Origin: the human T2T-CHM13v2.0 reference genome, Homo sapiens
NCBI RefSeq assembly: GCF_009914755.1
Contig: NC_060947.1
Length of the DNA stretch: 64,000 nucleotides
Strand: one strand, 5' to 3'
Position numbers and translations under genes: made by a program. The notes below the pieces were generated by a model. That model saw only the letters and a list, made by a program, of their open reading frames with translations. It was not told where the DNA came from and made no database searches. Position 1 is the stretch's first letter. Each line of letters starts with the position of its first letter. Shown here piece by piece: positions 50,201 to 64,000 of the stretch.

Positions 50201-53200
50201 TTTTTCAGTTCTGCCGTGATCTTAGTTATCTCTTGCCTTCTGAATATGTTTGCTCTTGCTTCTCTACTTCTTTTAATTGTGATATTAGAGTGTTGATTTT
50301 AGATGTTTCCTGATTTCTCTTGTGGACATTTAGTGCTATAATCTTCCCCCTACACACTACTTTAAATGTGTCCCAGATATTCTGGTACGTTGTGTCTTTG
50401 TTCTCATTGGTTTCAAAGAACGTCTTTATTTCTGCCTTCATTTCGTTATTTTCCCAGTAGTCATTCAGGAGCAAGTTACTCAGTATCCATGTAGTTGTGC
50501 ATTTTTGAGGGAGTTTCTTAGTCTTGAGTTCTAACTTGATTGCACTGTGGTTTGAGAGACAGTTTTGTTGTGATTCCTGTTCTTTTACATTTGCTGAGGA
50601 GTGTTTTACTTCCAATTATGTGTTCAATTTTGGAATAAGTGTGATGTGGTGCTGAGAAGAGTGTATATACTGTTGATTTGGGATGGAGAGTTCTATTAGG
50701 TCCACTTGATGCAGAGCTGAGTTCAAGTCCTGGATATCCTTGTTAAACTTCTGTCTCATTGATCTGTCTAATATTGACAGTGGGGTGTTAAAATCTCCCA
50801 TTAATGTGTGGGAGTCTACGTCTCTTTGTAGGTCTCTAAGGACTTGCTTTGTGAATCTGGGTCTTCCTGTATTGGGTGCATATATATTTAGGACAGTTAG
50901 CTCTTCTTGTTGAATTTATTCCTTTACCATTATGTAACGGCCTTCTTTGTCTCTTTTGATCTTTGTAGGTTTAAAGTCTGTTTTATCATAGAGTAGGATT
51001 GCAACCCCTGCTTTTTTTTTGCTTTCCATTTGCTTGGTAGATCTTCCTCCATCCCTTTATTTTGAGCCTAGGTGCATCTTTGCACGTGAGAAGGGTCTCC
51101 TGAATAGAGCACACAAAGGGGTCTTGACTCTTTATCCAGTTTGCCAGTCTGTGTCTTTTAATTGGGACATTTAGCCCATTTACATTTAAGGTTAATATTG
51201 TTATGTGTGAATTTTTTCCTGTCATTATGATGCTAGCTGGTTGTTTTGCCCATAAGTTGATACAGTTTCTTCATAGTATTGATGGTCTTTACAATTTGGT
51301 ATGTTTTTGCAGTGGCTAATACCAGTTTTTCCTTTCCATGTTAAGTGCTTCCTTCAGGAGCTCTTCTAAGGCAGGCCTTGTGGTGACAAAATCTCTCAAC
51401 ATTTGCTTGTCTGTAAAGTATTTCATTTATCTTTCTCTTATGAAGCTTAATTTGGCTAGATATGAAATTCTGGGTTGAAAATTCTCTTCTTTAAGAATGT
51501 TGAATATTGGCCGCCAATCTCTTCTGGCTTGTAGGGTTTCTGTCAAGACATCCACTGTTAGTCTGATGGGCTTCCCTTTGTGGGTAACTCGACCTTTCTC
51601 TGTGGCTGCCCTTAACACTTTTTCCTTCATTTCAACCTTGGTGAGTCTGACAATTATGTGTCTTGGGGTTGCTCTTCTCAGGGAGTATCTTTGTGTTGTT
51701 CTCTGTATTTCCTGAAGTTGAATGTTGGCCTGCCTTGCGAGGTTGTGGAAGTTCTCCTGCATAATATACTGCAGAGTGTTTTCCAACTTGGCTCCATTCT
51801 CCCCATCACTTTCAGGTACACCAATCAAATGTAGATTTGGTCTTTTCACATAGTCCCATATTTCTTGGAGGCTATGTTCGTTTCATTTTACTCTTTTTTC
51901 TCTAACCTTGTTTTCTCACTTTATTTCATTAATCTGATCTTCAATCACTGATACCCTTTCTTCCACTTGATCGAATCAGCTATTGAAGCTTGTGCATGTG
52001 TCACGTAGTTCTTGTGCCATGGTTTTCAGCTCCATCAGGTCATTTAAGGTCTTCTCTACAGTGTTTATTCTAGTTAGCCATTCGTCTAATCTTTTTTTCA
52101 AGGTTTTTAGCTTCCTTGCGATGGGTTCAAACATCCTCCTTTAGCTCAGAGAAGTTTGTTATTACCTATCTTCCGAAGCCTACTTCTGTCAGCTCATCAA
52201 AGTCATTCTCCGTCCAGCTTTGTACCATTGCTGGCTAGGAGCTGCAATCCTTTGGAGGAGAAGAGATGCTCGGATTTTTAAAATTTTCAGCTTTTCTGCT
52301 CTGGTTTCTCCCCATCTTTGTGGTTTTATCTACCTTTGGTCTTTGATGTTGGTGACCTACAGATGGCGTTTTGGTGAAGATGACCTTTTTGTTGATGTTG
52401 ATGCTATTCCTTTCTGTTTGTTAGTTTTCCTTCTAACAGGTCCCTCAGCTGCAGGTCTGTTGGAGTTTGCTGGAGTTCTACTCCAGACCCTGTTCGCCTG
52501 GGTATTACCAGTGGAGGCTGCAGAACAGCAAATATTGCTCCCTGATCCTTCCTCTGGAAGCTTCTTCCCAGAGGGGAAGCCGCCTATATGAGGTGTCTGT
52601 CAGCCCCTTCTTGGAGGTGTCTCCCAGTTAGGCTACATGGGGCCAGGGACTCACTTGAGGGGGCAGTCTGTCCTTTCTCAGAGCTCAAATGCTGTGCTGG
52701 GAGAACCACTGCTCTCTTCACAGCTGTCAGACAGGGACGTTTAAGTCTGCAGAAGTTGTCTGCTGCCTTTTGTTCAGCTATTCCCTGACCATAGAGGTGG
52801 AGGCTAGAGGCAGTAGGCCTTGTTGAGCTGTGGTGGGCTTCGCCCATTTTGAGCTTCCTGGCCTACTCAAGCCTCAGCAATGGCACATGCCCCTCCCCCA
52901 GCCAGGCTGCCGACTCACAGATGGATCTCAGACTGCTGCACTATCAGTGAGCAATGCTCCATGGGTGTGGGACCTGCTGATCCAGGCACGGGGAGAGAAT
53001 CACCTTGTCTGCAGATTGCTAATACCTTCAGAAAAGCACAGTATTTGGGTGGGGAGTGTCCCGTTTTTCCAGGTGGTCTGCCAAGGCTTCCCTTGGCTAG
53101 GAAAGGGAAATGCCCCGGCCCCTTGTGCTTCCAGGGTGAAAAGATGCCCCGCCCTGCTTCAGCTAGCCCTCCGTGGGCTGCACCCACTGTCCAACCAGTC

Positions 53201-53312
53201 CCAGTGAGACGAACCAGGTGCCTCAGTTGGAAATGCAGAAATCACCCATCTTCTGTGTCGATCACACTGGGAGCTGCAGACGGGAGCTGTTCGTATTCGG
53301 CCATCTTGGAAG
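47212..53312 (-). mobile_element. full-length L1PA6-like LINE-1, ORFs disrupted
   Basis: poly-T/TTATTATACTTTA 3' end, ORF2 fragments incl. ..[13 protein letters not shown].., ORF2 start at 51225 (MTGKNSHIT), ORF1 fragments, 5' end CCAAGATGGCCGAATACGAACAGCTCC on the minus strand. Confidence 0.96.
53299..53308 (-). promoter_or_regulatory. YY1 site of the L1 internal promoter
   Basis: CAAGATGGCC on the minus strand at the L1 5' terminus. Confidence 0.7.
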
Positions 53313-53784
53313 GTATTTGTGTATCATCTTTTTAATCCCCTTTTTATATTCTTTAAGGATTTTCTTCTGTCCTGCATAATGGGTGAATTCCTCAATACTA
53401 TCTTCCAGTTTTATAATTCTCTCTTTAAGGTCTAGTCAAATGTTTACCTGTACATTAATACTCGTTTATAATTACTAAAATTTTTCTTTCTAATATTTAT
53501 AATAGATTAATATTCATGTCCTCCTTGTTTTGTTTCTGCCTCCTTGTTTTGTTATTCTTACTATAAATTTTAATTATTCATTTATCTCTAGGAGTCTCCT
53601 AAACACACATATTTTAAAGTCTTTTAAGACTACTCAATTATTATTATTATTTTTTAGCTTTTTGAATTGGAGATATTTTTCTCTTTTTTTCCTCTCTATA
53701 CCTCTCCCTTTCTAGCAGTTAGAGAGAGGTATAGAGTTACTTACCTTTACTTGGCTCCCTGGTATCTTCAGTCTATAACAGTAC

Positions 53785-54178
53785 GTCTTAGTTTGTGCTT
53801 TTCCAGAACCAAACTTTAAAGCAAAGATTCCAGTTTAAATTGTTTATTTTGGAAGTAATATTTTAAAAATATTGCAATGGGAAGGAAAAAGTGAGGTGGA
53901 TAAGGGAAAGTAGCCAAAAGGGTTTATTATTAAGCAAATTATCACTTCACTGCAGGTTAATAAAACATAATTCTTCTGAGGAATACTAAAACCTAGTGTA
54001 AAATATGGACCTCAGATTTAAGCCCCTGAAGAATTAAGGGAGCTGAAGTATTTATTCACCAGTTTCTGTCATACATTCATTGAGGGCTACCCTGAAAAAA
54101 GTTAATTCCTTCACATTTCTGGCTTACTGCATGGGTGACAAATAGGGTTTAAAATGCCAGAGAAAACCTGCAGGCAGG
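53785..54178 (-). mobile_element. LTR33 (ERVL)
   Basis: GTCTTAGTTTG..CCAGAA..CAAAGATTC, GGGAGCTGAAGTATTTATTCACCA, CATTGAGGGCT, GTTAATTCC. Confidence 0.7.
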
Positions 54179-54183
54179 TAAAC

Positions 54184-54290
54184 TATATATATATACACAC
54201 ACGCACATATATATGTGTGTATATATATATATGTATGTATGTGTACATATAGTATATATATGTGTGTATATATATAGTATATACACATGA

Positions 54291-54345
<55 letters not shown>
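54184..54345. repeat. compound TA/CA/TG microsatellite ending in pure (TA)27
   Basis: pure TA run at 54292-54345. Confidence 0.97.
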
Positions 54346-54349
<4 letters not shown>

Positions 54350-54649
54350 GTAGCTTCCCTGTGGGAGACTAATTTCTAAATCCACTTCCTGATTTTGAGT
54401 TCAGAGAGCAGCAGGTCATTGCTTTAGCTTTAGCTTTACTTATTGGTGTTTCTTTCTCTTTATTGATGATCCATAGAGAATATTTTCTTGTTTTTTTTGG
54501 CTTTAATGTGCCTTTTATTCTCATAATTTCTATTTTTATCTAACATTATTATGCATTTGATGCAAAGTCTGCCCCAAGGATAAACTTTAAATGCCTTCTC
54601 AATTGGAGGTCTAAACCTTCCGTTCTGCCTTCTAAATCCAATTCTACCA

Positions 54650-54765
54650 ATTATGAGTTCCTGTTTGGGGTGAAAAGTTTTGGAATAAATGGTAATGATG
54701 GTTTCACAGTGTTATGAAGGTAATTAGTGCCACTGAACTGTACATTGAAATATGGTTAAAATGGT
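54650..54765 (+). mobile_element. L1MB-type 3' fragment
   Basis: TGTTTGGGGTGAAAAGTTTTGGAATAAATGGTAATGATGGTT..TGCCACTGAACTGTACA..AAATATGGTTAAAATGGT. Confidence 0.75.
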
Positions 54766-54770
54766 TTTAT

Positions 54771-57700
54771 CTTCAAGATGGTTTATTGGGGGTTTTATTA
54801 ATGTGCCTCATCCACTTAGAGTAAAATAGAGTGTGAAGATTCACACTGTAAACTTTCATCGGAGAAGAAACACAGGTGCCTAACACAAAAAATGAAAGAA
54901 ACTTCAGACACATTGCATGGAGAGGTGCGCAGCAATCTCTACCTTGAGAGAGGCAGAAAACTGTGTTTCTAGAGCTTGAAAGGGGGAGAAACTGTCTGCA
55001 TGATACTTATTCTCACTGGGGAGCTGGGAAATCCAGGCAATGAGGGAGTGAGTGCCTTAACTCTACCCAGTGTTGAAGGTTATTTGGTGAGTAGTGAGGA
55101 CTACATGAGAAGGAGAGGCATCAATAAGTGTTTTGTGTGCACTCTCATAGCCCAGCAAAGACAGAGAGAAGATATTCCTGATCTGACTCATAGGGGACCT
55201 CATAGAATTCTGCCAACTAACTCAAGTGGTGGTCACAGGTTGGCAGCATCTTCCGACTGAGATGTGCAATCTAATCTAGAGTGGGAAGGATTCCTTTAAA
55301 CAGAATTGAAGGTGAGCAGGAAGCATGCTCTTGCCATGGGTGTGGGTGCTGGGTGCCCCTGTTTTGTGGGTAAATGGGAGGGGCGTGTCCTGAAAGCTGT
55401 GGCCTTTTTCCCAGGTGGGAAGGCTTGTGGCCTAGGGAAGTTTTACACTGTAAGCCCAGAACTGCCCAAGACCCAGCTAGCTGTTGCCAGGAGAAGTCTA
55501 GGGGCGTGAGATCCACCATATCAAGGACAGGGGAGCAGGGCACGCCTCACTGCTGCTTGTTACACCCCTCTCTCATGCCAATTCTTTTGAGCAGCAGAGG
55601 CAGTTTAACTCCTCCCTGGAGCACTACTTCAGTACACAGGAAACTGCCTTCCAATCCCCATTGGCTTGTGTCCACATGTGGGTAGCCAGAATGTGGACTT
55701 TCCTCACTCATCTAACATTGCCCCTCAACTGGCCTTTGTAGCATAACACAATAAAAATGACTATTGGGAGGCTCATGGCCCCACTCATCACCTGGAAGAT
55801 CTGAGTACTTGGCCTGGGTAGCATAAGCCAAGCATAAATTCCACAGCCGCCACTGCCTGGCCCTCTTCGGCAAGCACCATCTCTTGGCCAGAGGTCACCT
55901 CACACAGCCCATTACAACATCTGCTGACACAGTAACACAGCACTCAGGAATGAAAAATACTTTGTGCAACCTCAGCTAACACCATTGCCCACACCACCGT
56001 GGCTACTCAGGGCCTTAAGCCTATTTATGCATCCAGTACATTACTACTACAGCTAGTAACTGAGAAAGCCACCGCATTAAGGGTATTTACAACTAATGGC
56101 ATCTTATAGAGTTTATGCCACTCTCCTGCACCACCCATCTGAGGAGATGCATGCACCTGCTACTGGGAGACCAGAGGACAGGTCATCCCAGTGTAGCTCC
56201 ACACTATATTATCCTCTTCTGGAGCTAAGAACAGAGCTCAAGCCACTACAAGTCCGCCAGACTTGTCCATAGCCTGAGGCATTGGATAGCTTATCCAGGT
56301 GACTAACTAGAGACATTGGTGACTAATTATCCTCAGAAGGAAGAACCTATACTAGAAGTGAATAATAATAGCCCAAGCAGAGTGCTAAGGGGAGAGTGCT
56401 GGAACCTATAAGAAAGTTAATTGGAAGGATCTATGATACACACAGAAAGAAAGTAAGAAGAAGCTGGCAAAGATCAAACCCTGAGAGACTTCGTATTCTG
56501 TGGAAAAGGTAAGTGGGAAAGATGTCAGCCTCTCTAGCCCTTGATTGCTGGTATCCAAACTCAAAAAGAGCTTCTTTGCCCCCACAAGACCAAGTACAGG
56601 AGTGGGCTGTGATTTGGGGACTTCTCGAGGGGATTACCTTGCACGTGCAAGTTTCTTTCCCTTTCCTCCTGGACCCAAGCTGTATTAGTGTGCACTATAC
56701 TGGGTGTGCATGCATCATGGGACTTTGTTCTGCTCAGAGACCTCCAGCCCTTGTGTCTTCTCATTACTGGATCCCTTGCAGACATTCACCAGCACCAGCT
56801 TAGATTGCAGCATCCCCAGAGGGCAGCTAGACCCAGAGGAGCAGCAGAATTCACAGTAGTCTGGCCCTTGGGAGATTGGTACTCTTAGGGGAAGAGGGAG
56901 TATACCACAACAAGGAAGCACCCCATGGAACAAAAGAAACAAGAGGGCAGGCTTTTCTGTGTTCCAGAACTTCCTGCTTGTGGGAAGTTTTTTTTTCAGC
57001 AGAGGCACAGCCACAGTGTTGAGCTCAGTGGGTAAAAGCATCAGTTCTGCCCCAGTAGTCAAGCAGCTCCAGTGCTCAGGAAGGGACTTGGAGCAGGAGA
57101 CTTCTCCTCCCTCTCACTTACCACTGCAGTCACAGCTGGGGCTTCCCCATGGGAGATCAGCATTGTTGCACCTGTTGACTGCCTTTCTGGGGGCACTTTG
57201 AGGTAACTGCATCTTCATGGGAGAAGTGTCCTCTGGGCTCAGGCTTGCATGAAGGGTAGAGAGTCTTACTGCCTCTTTACACAGAATGTTAGCATTTCTG
57301 CAGATGGACAAAGGTGCCTGTCTGATTGGAATATCCAGATCACTGGGATAGAAACATGATAGGGAGGCAGATTGCTTTCCTGCTTGCCTGGTAGCAGAGC
57401 TGAGGTGGCTCCCTCACTCCACCCTGCGAAGACCACAGTGTATTCCACTGGAAGCCCCCACAGCCACTTCTGTCAAAAATGGGGCTTTTGTCCACCATTG
57501 TGTTATTGCATGTACCCACGTGCCTCAGCTGCAGCTGGTTTTCATCCATAGATACCTCCTAATGGGCGGAAGACTAAACTGTTCAACCTAGTGCAAAAAA
57601 GCACTGGGAAAAGAAAGTGCGCACCATTGGGAAACATTGTAAGCTTCATGACACCTCTGCAATTCTGGCCTCACAGGAGAGAGTGAACCTGCTCACAACA

Positions 57701-58132
57701 AGTACATAACTACTACTATCATCATCTGAGAACGTCATCACACAAAGGTTCTCTGTAATTAAGGATTCACACAGTCTTTTCTACTGAAGGCAAACAGAAC
57801 CAAAGATAGGTGACCGTGAACTAAACATATTGAAGTCACATTCTCAAAAAGGAAAGATCTAGTGAAATAAAAAATAAGTTCAATAATAATAAGAATAAAT
57901 AATCTACCCAGATGAGAAGGAATGAGAAAAAATAATTCTGGCAATATGAAAAAAAAAACCAAGAATTTTATAACACCCTGAAAAGATCACACTAACTCTC
58001 TACCAATAGATTCAAACTAAAATGAAATAATTGAAATACCAGACAAATAATTCAAAATGTGAATCATAAAGCTATTCAATGGTATCCAAGAGAAAACTGA
58101 AAACCAACATAAAAAAGTTAAAAATAATTCAT
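54771..58132 (+). mobile_element. old L1 (L1PB/L1MA-age) long GC-richer 5' UTR sequence and ORF1 start
   Basis: starts CTTCAAGATGG; ORF1-like ATGAGAAGGAATGAGAAAAATAATTCTGGCAATATG at about 57912, followed by the coiled-coil-coding A-rich segment. Confidence 0.7.
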
Positions 58133-58540
58133 ATAACCAAAATTAGAGCTGAACTGAAAGAAATTGAGACAAGAAAAACCATTCAAAAGATCAAGAAATA
58201 CAAGAGTTTTTTGACAATATTAATAAAATAGACCACTAGCTAGACCAACAAAGAAGAAAAGAGAGACCAAATAAACATAATTAGAAATGACAAAGGGGAT
58301 GTTACCACTGACTTCACAGAAATACCAATAACCATTAGAGAATATTATGAAAAGCTCTATGCACGTAAAAATAGAAAATCTAAAAGAAATGGATGAATTC
58401 CTGGACAAATACAACCTCCCATGACTGAGATAGGAAGAAATTGAATTGTGGAAAAGACCAGTAATGAGCTCCAAAATTGAATCAGTAATACTATACCAAC
58501 CAAAACCCAACCAAACAAAGAAAAGCCCATGACAAGATGA

Positions 58541-58708
<168 letters not shown>

Positions 58709-59490
58709 TAAAGAAAAAAAGAACTTCAGGCCAATATTTTTGATGACTATTGACGCAAAAATCCTCAAGAAAATAGTGGCAAACTGAAACCAGCAGCACA
58801 TCAAAAAGTTAGTCCAACACAATCAGGTAGTCTTTGTTCCTGAGATGAGAGGTTGGTTCAACATATTCAAATCAATAAATGTAAGTCATCACATAAACAG
58901 AACTAAATACAAAAGTACATGATTATCTCAATTGACACAGAAAGGGCTTTCAATAAAATTCAAGAGCTCTTCAGGTTCAAAACTCTCAATAAACTAGGTA
59001 TTAAAGAAACACACCTCAAAATAATAAGAGCCATCTATGATAAACCCACAACCAACGTCATACTGAATGAGCAAAAGCCAGAAGCATTCCCCTTGAAAAC
59101 TGGCATAAGACAAGGATGCCCTCCCTCACCACTCTTATTAAACATTGTACTGGATGTCCTGGCCAGGCAAATTAGGCAAGAGAAAGAAATAAAGGACATT
59201 CAAATAGGATGAGAGGAAGTCAAACTATTCTTGTTTTCAGATGACATAATCCAATATCTACAAAACCCCATAATCTCAGCCCAAAAGCTCCTTAAGCTGA
59301 TAAACAACTTCAGCAAAGTCTCAGGATACAAAATTAATGTGCAAAAGTCACTAGCATTTCTATACACTAACAACAGTCAAGCCAAGAGCCAAATCAGGGA
59401 AGCAATTCCATTCACAATTGCCACAAAAATAATAAAATACCTAGGAGTACAGCTAACGATGGAGGTGAAGGATCTCTACAAAGAGAACTA

Positions 59491-60207
<717 letters not shown>

Positions 60208-61862
60208 TTACCATAGTGCCCAAAGCAACTTCCACATTCAATGCAATTGCTATTAAACCACTAATGACATTCCTCACAGAACTAGAAAAAAAAAAGAGCT
60301 ATATTAACATTCACATAGGACCAAAAAAAGAGTCTGAATAGTGAAGAAAATTTTAAGCAAAAAGAGCAAAGTTGAAGATATTATGCTACTATTATGCTAC
60401 TCCGCTTCATGCTGTCCTATGGTAACCCAAACAGCATGGTACTGGAAAAAAAAAAAAAAGGCACACAGACCAGTGGAAAATAATAGAGAGCTGAAAAACA
60501 AGGCTGTAAACCTGCAACTATCTGCTCTTTCACAAAGCTGACAGAAACCAGCAATGGGGAAAGGACTCCCTAAACTATAAATGGTGCTGGGATAACTGGC
60601 TAGCCATATACAGAAGATTGAAATGGTGCCACTTCCTCACACCATATAAAAAAATTAACTTAAGATGGAGTAAATACTTAAATGTAAAACTTAACACTAT
60701 AAAAACCTAGACAATACCATTCTGGACATAAGAAAGAGCAAAGATTTTATGACAAAGACAACAAAAGCAATTGCAACAATAACAAAAATTGACAAATGGG
60801 ATCTAATTAAATTAAAGAGCTTCTGGACAGCAAGAGAAACAATCAATAGAATAAACAGACAACCTACGTAATATGAGAAAATATTTGCCAATTATGCATC
60901 TGACAAAGGTCTATTATCCAGCATCTATAAGGAATGTAAGCAGATTTACTACAATAAAAAAGAAAAAACCCTATTAAAATGGGCAAAGGATATGAACAGA
61001 CAATTTTTTAAACAAGACACACATGTGGCCAACATGCATACAAAAACAAAGCTCAACATCTCTGATCATTGGAGAAACGCAAATCAAAAGTGCAATGAGA
61101 TACCATCTCTCACCAGTTAGAATGGCTATTATTAAAAAGTCAAAAAATAACATGCTGACAAGGTTGTGAAATAAAATAAATACTTATACACTGTTGGTGG
61201 GAATGTAAATTAGTTTAATAATTGTGGAAAAGAGTGTGGGAATTCCTCAAAGACCTAAAAACAGAAATACCATTCAACCCAGCAGTCCCGTTACTGGGTA
61301 TATACCCAAGGGAATATAAATTGTTCTATCATGAAGACACATGCATGCATATTTTCATTGCAGAACTATTCAAAATAACAAAGACATGAAATCAGTCTCA
61401 ATGTCCATCAAAGGTAGAGTAGATAAAGAAAATGTGGTACATACACAATGGAATACTATACAGTCATAAGAAGAGATTATATTATTTGCAGAAACATGGA
61501 TGGAGCTGGAGGTCATTATTCTTAGCAAACTAATGCAGGACTAGAAAACCAAATACCACATGCACTCACTTATAAGTAGGAGCTAAATAATGAGAATACA
61601 TGGACACATAGAGGGAAATAGCTGACACCGAGGCCTGTTGGAGGGTTAGAGGACGGAGAGGGTCATGTAAAGAACTGAGTACTAGGCTTAATAGCTGGGT
61701 GATGAAATAATCTGTACAACAAACCTCCATGACATAAGTTTACCTATAAACAAACTTGCACAAGTACCCCTGAACTTAAAAGTTAAATAAAAAAGATTTA
61801 AATATATAAAGATTTCACATACAAATGTAGATTTCTGCATAAAAAATAAAAAAGTAATTTGT

Positions 61863-62633
61863 AATATGAATGAAAAATGTTCTTGACATAGACATTTTAA
61901 GAAAAACAAACAGAACTCTGGAAATGAAAGACTCGGTTATAGAACTACAAAATATAATGGAAAGTTTTAACAATACACTAGACCAAGTAGAAGAAAGAAT
62001 TTCAGAGCATGAAGACAAGGCTTTTGAATCAGACAAAAATAAAGAAAAAAGAATGAAAAGAAGTGAACAGTCTCCAAGAAATATGGGATTATGTAAAACA
62101 TCCAAACCTAAGAATCATAGGTGCTTCGGAGGGGGAAAAAAGCTTGGAAAACATATTTGAATGAATAATTAAGGAAAATGTTCATGGCCTTGCTAGAGAC
62201 TTGATATGCAAATACAAGAAGCTGAAATAACTCCTGGGAGATTCATAGCAAAAAGGACATCATCAAGGCATATTGTCATCAGATTATCTAAAGACAACAT
62301 GAAGGAAATAATTCTAACAGCAATGAGACAGAATAATCAAATAATTTACAAAAGAAAATCTATCAGACTAACATCAGACTTCTCGGCAGAAATCTTACAA
62401 GCCAGAAGGGCTTGGGATCCTATATTTAGTCTCCTCCAATAGAATAACTGTCAGCCAATAATTCCATATTCAGTCGTATTAAGTTTTGTAAATGAAAGAG
62501 AAATAAAATATTTCCCAGTAAAGCAAATGCTTAAGCAATATGTCACTGCTAGGCCAGCCCTGTAAGAAATGCTCAAAGGTGTTCTAAACATCAACCTCAA
62601 AGGTTGATACACACCTGTATATAAATACATGAA
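61863..62633 (+). mobile_element. resumed ORF1 of the older L1
   Basis: ..LEMKDSVIELQNIMESFNNTLDQVEERISEHEDKAFE.., ..QIQEAEITPGRFIAKRTSSRHIVIRLSK.. Confidence 0.88.
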
Positions 62634-62751
62634 TTTCAAATTTGAAAACAAAGCTGTTCTTTTATGAATTAAGTACAAATTAATCACTTCATCTAGCCAT
62701 TTCCATGATACCTGCAGATTCATCATTTCTCTGGATCAAGGCCTGAGTCTC

Positions 62752-63225
62752 AGCCTGAAGGACATTATGTTAAGCAAAATAAGTCAGTTACAGAAAGATA
62801 AATACCACATGTTCTCACTCACATGGGAACTGAAAACATTATTTTTGAGTTCACAGAAGTAGAGAATAGAACTGTGGGTATAGAGGCTGGGAAGAGTAAG
62901 GAAGAAGGGAGCTTGGGGAGATGTTGGTTATTGAATACAAAATTACAGCTAGATGGGAGAAATGCACTCTGATATTCTGCCAAACTGTAGGGCAAATGTG
63001 GTTAGTTATAAATTACTCCATATTTTCAAAAAGCTAAGAGAGGATTCGGAGATTTCCCATTACAAAGAAATAATAAATGTTAGAGGTGATGGATGTGCTA
63101 ATTACCCTGATATGATCATTATACATTGTATTCATGTATCAAAATGCATGAATAAAATACTACTCTGTATGCCATAAATATGTACAATTATTACATGTCA
63201 ACTGAAAGTAAAGAGTAAAAGGAAT
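62752..63225 (+). mobile_element. L1MA 3' end
   Basis: GGACATTATGTTAAGCAAAATAAGTCAG.., TACAAAATTACAGCTAGATGGGAG, GAGGTGATGGATGTGCTAATTACCCTGA, ATAAATATGTACAATTATTACATGTCAA. Confidence 0.88.
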
Positions 63226-63242
63226 AAATCAACCAAAAATAA

Positions 63243-64000
63243 AAATGCCTGCAAGTATGAAACTCTCAGGGCTTATGTGACAGCAGCACAATGAAGAAAA
63301 TAAAGCAACTAGGTAACAATCAACATGATGACTGGAACAGTACCTCACCTTCTCAATATTTTCTATGAATGTAAATGATTTAAGTGCCCCACTTAGAAGA
63401 TATAGATTGGCAGAATGGATTAAACATACTCACACACACACACAAACCAAACATCTGTTGCCATCAAGCAACCCACCTAACACGTAAAGTTTCTTTTAGA
63501 TTAAAGGTAAAGAAGTGGGAAAAAAAAATTCTGTGCAAATGGAAAATAAAAGTGAGTAGGAGTAGCTGTTCTCGTATGAGGCAAAACAAACTGTAAATCA
63601 ACAGCAGACAAAGAAGACAAAGAAGGCAATTATAAAATAATATAAAGTCAAATAAGGTCATTATATGATGACAAAGGGATCTATTTCAGAAGAAGATATA
63701 ACAATCCTAAATATATATGCACCTAATACCAGAGCTCACAGATTCATAAAACAAATACTATTAGACCGTAAAAAAGATATAGGCAGCAATACAATAATAA
63801 TGAAGGAGTTCAGCATTCCATTAACTGCACTAGAGAGATCATTGAGGCAGAAAGTTAACAAATAAATACTGGACTTAAACTGGACTCTAGAACAAATGGA
63901 CCTATCAGGAATTTACATAATATTCTACCCAAAACCTGAAAAAGATACATTTTTCTTATCAGCACATGGAATATTCTCCAAGATAGGCCATATGATAGGC
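63243..64000 (+). mobile_element. older L1 inter-ORF region and ORF2 endonuclease start, runs off the window
   Basis: ATGATGACTGGAACAGTACCTCAC; ..KGSISEEDITILNIYAPNTRAHRFIKQILLD.. Confidence 0.88.

Noticed and set aside
47212-53312. Retrotransposition-competent L1
   Set aside because: Full length, but both ORFs are broken into many short fragments and the 5' UTR CpGs have largely decayed.
54976-57549. GC-richer ORF cluster as a gene or CpG-island promoter
   Set aside because: CpG-poor, leads into L1 ORF1, and the peptides show no recognisable domain; best explained as old L1 5' UTR.

Overview
AT-rich primate genomic DNA. AluJ/S/Y and L1PA6/7 are present, so a catarrhine, probably human. The window contains no intact protein-coding gene. 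From about 9 kb onward it is almost entirely nested transposable elements: old L1M, L1PB/L1PA, about 10 Alus, HERV-L/MLT2A, LTR8, MER4, MSTA/THE1, LTR16 with ERVL internal sequence, LTR33, MER2, MIR and L2. The main finding is in the unique first 8 kb: three spliced + strand exons (2288-2358, 4833-5005, 7600-7700) of an intron-containing Na+/H+ exchanger of the SLC9A/NHE1-2-4 clade. They cover the CHP-binding helix, the lipid-interacting segment and the start of the calmodulin-binding region. They match none of the known human NHE1-5 sequences as I recall them, and carry an 11-nt insertion and a 1-nt frameshift, so this looks like an unprocessed, possibly unitary, NHE2-like pseudogene. Structural oddities include a 360-bp copy of nearby flank inserted inside an L1PA7, and a 110-bp inverted duplication marking a complex rearrangement at 38-39.7 kb. 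Repeat subfamily names and NHE comparisons come from recalled consensus/protein sequences, not from searches, and repeat boundaries are approximate.
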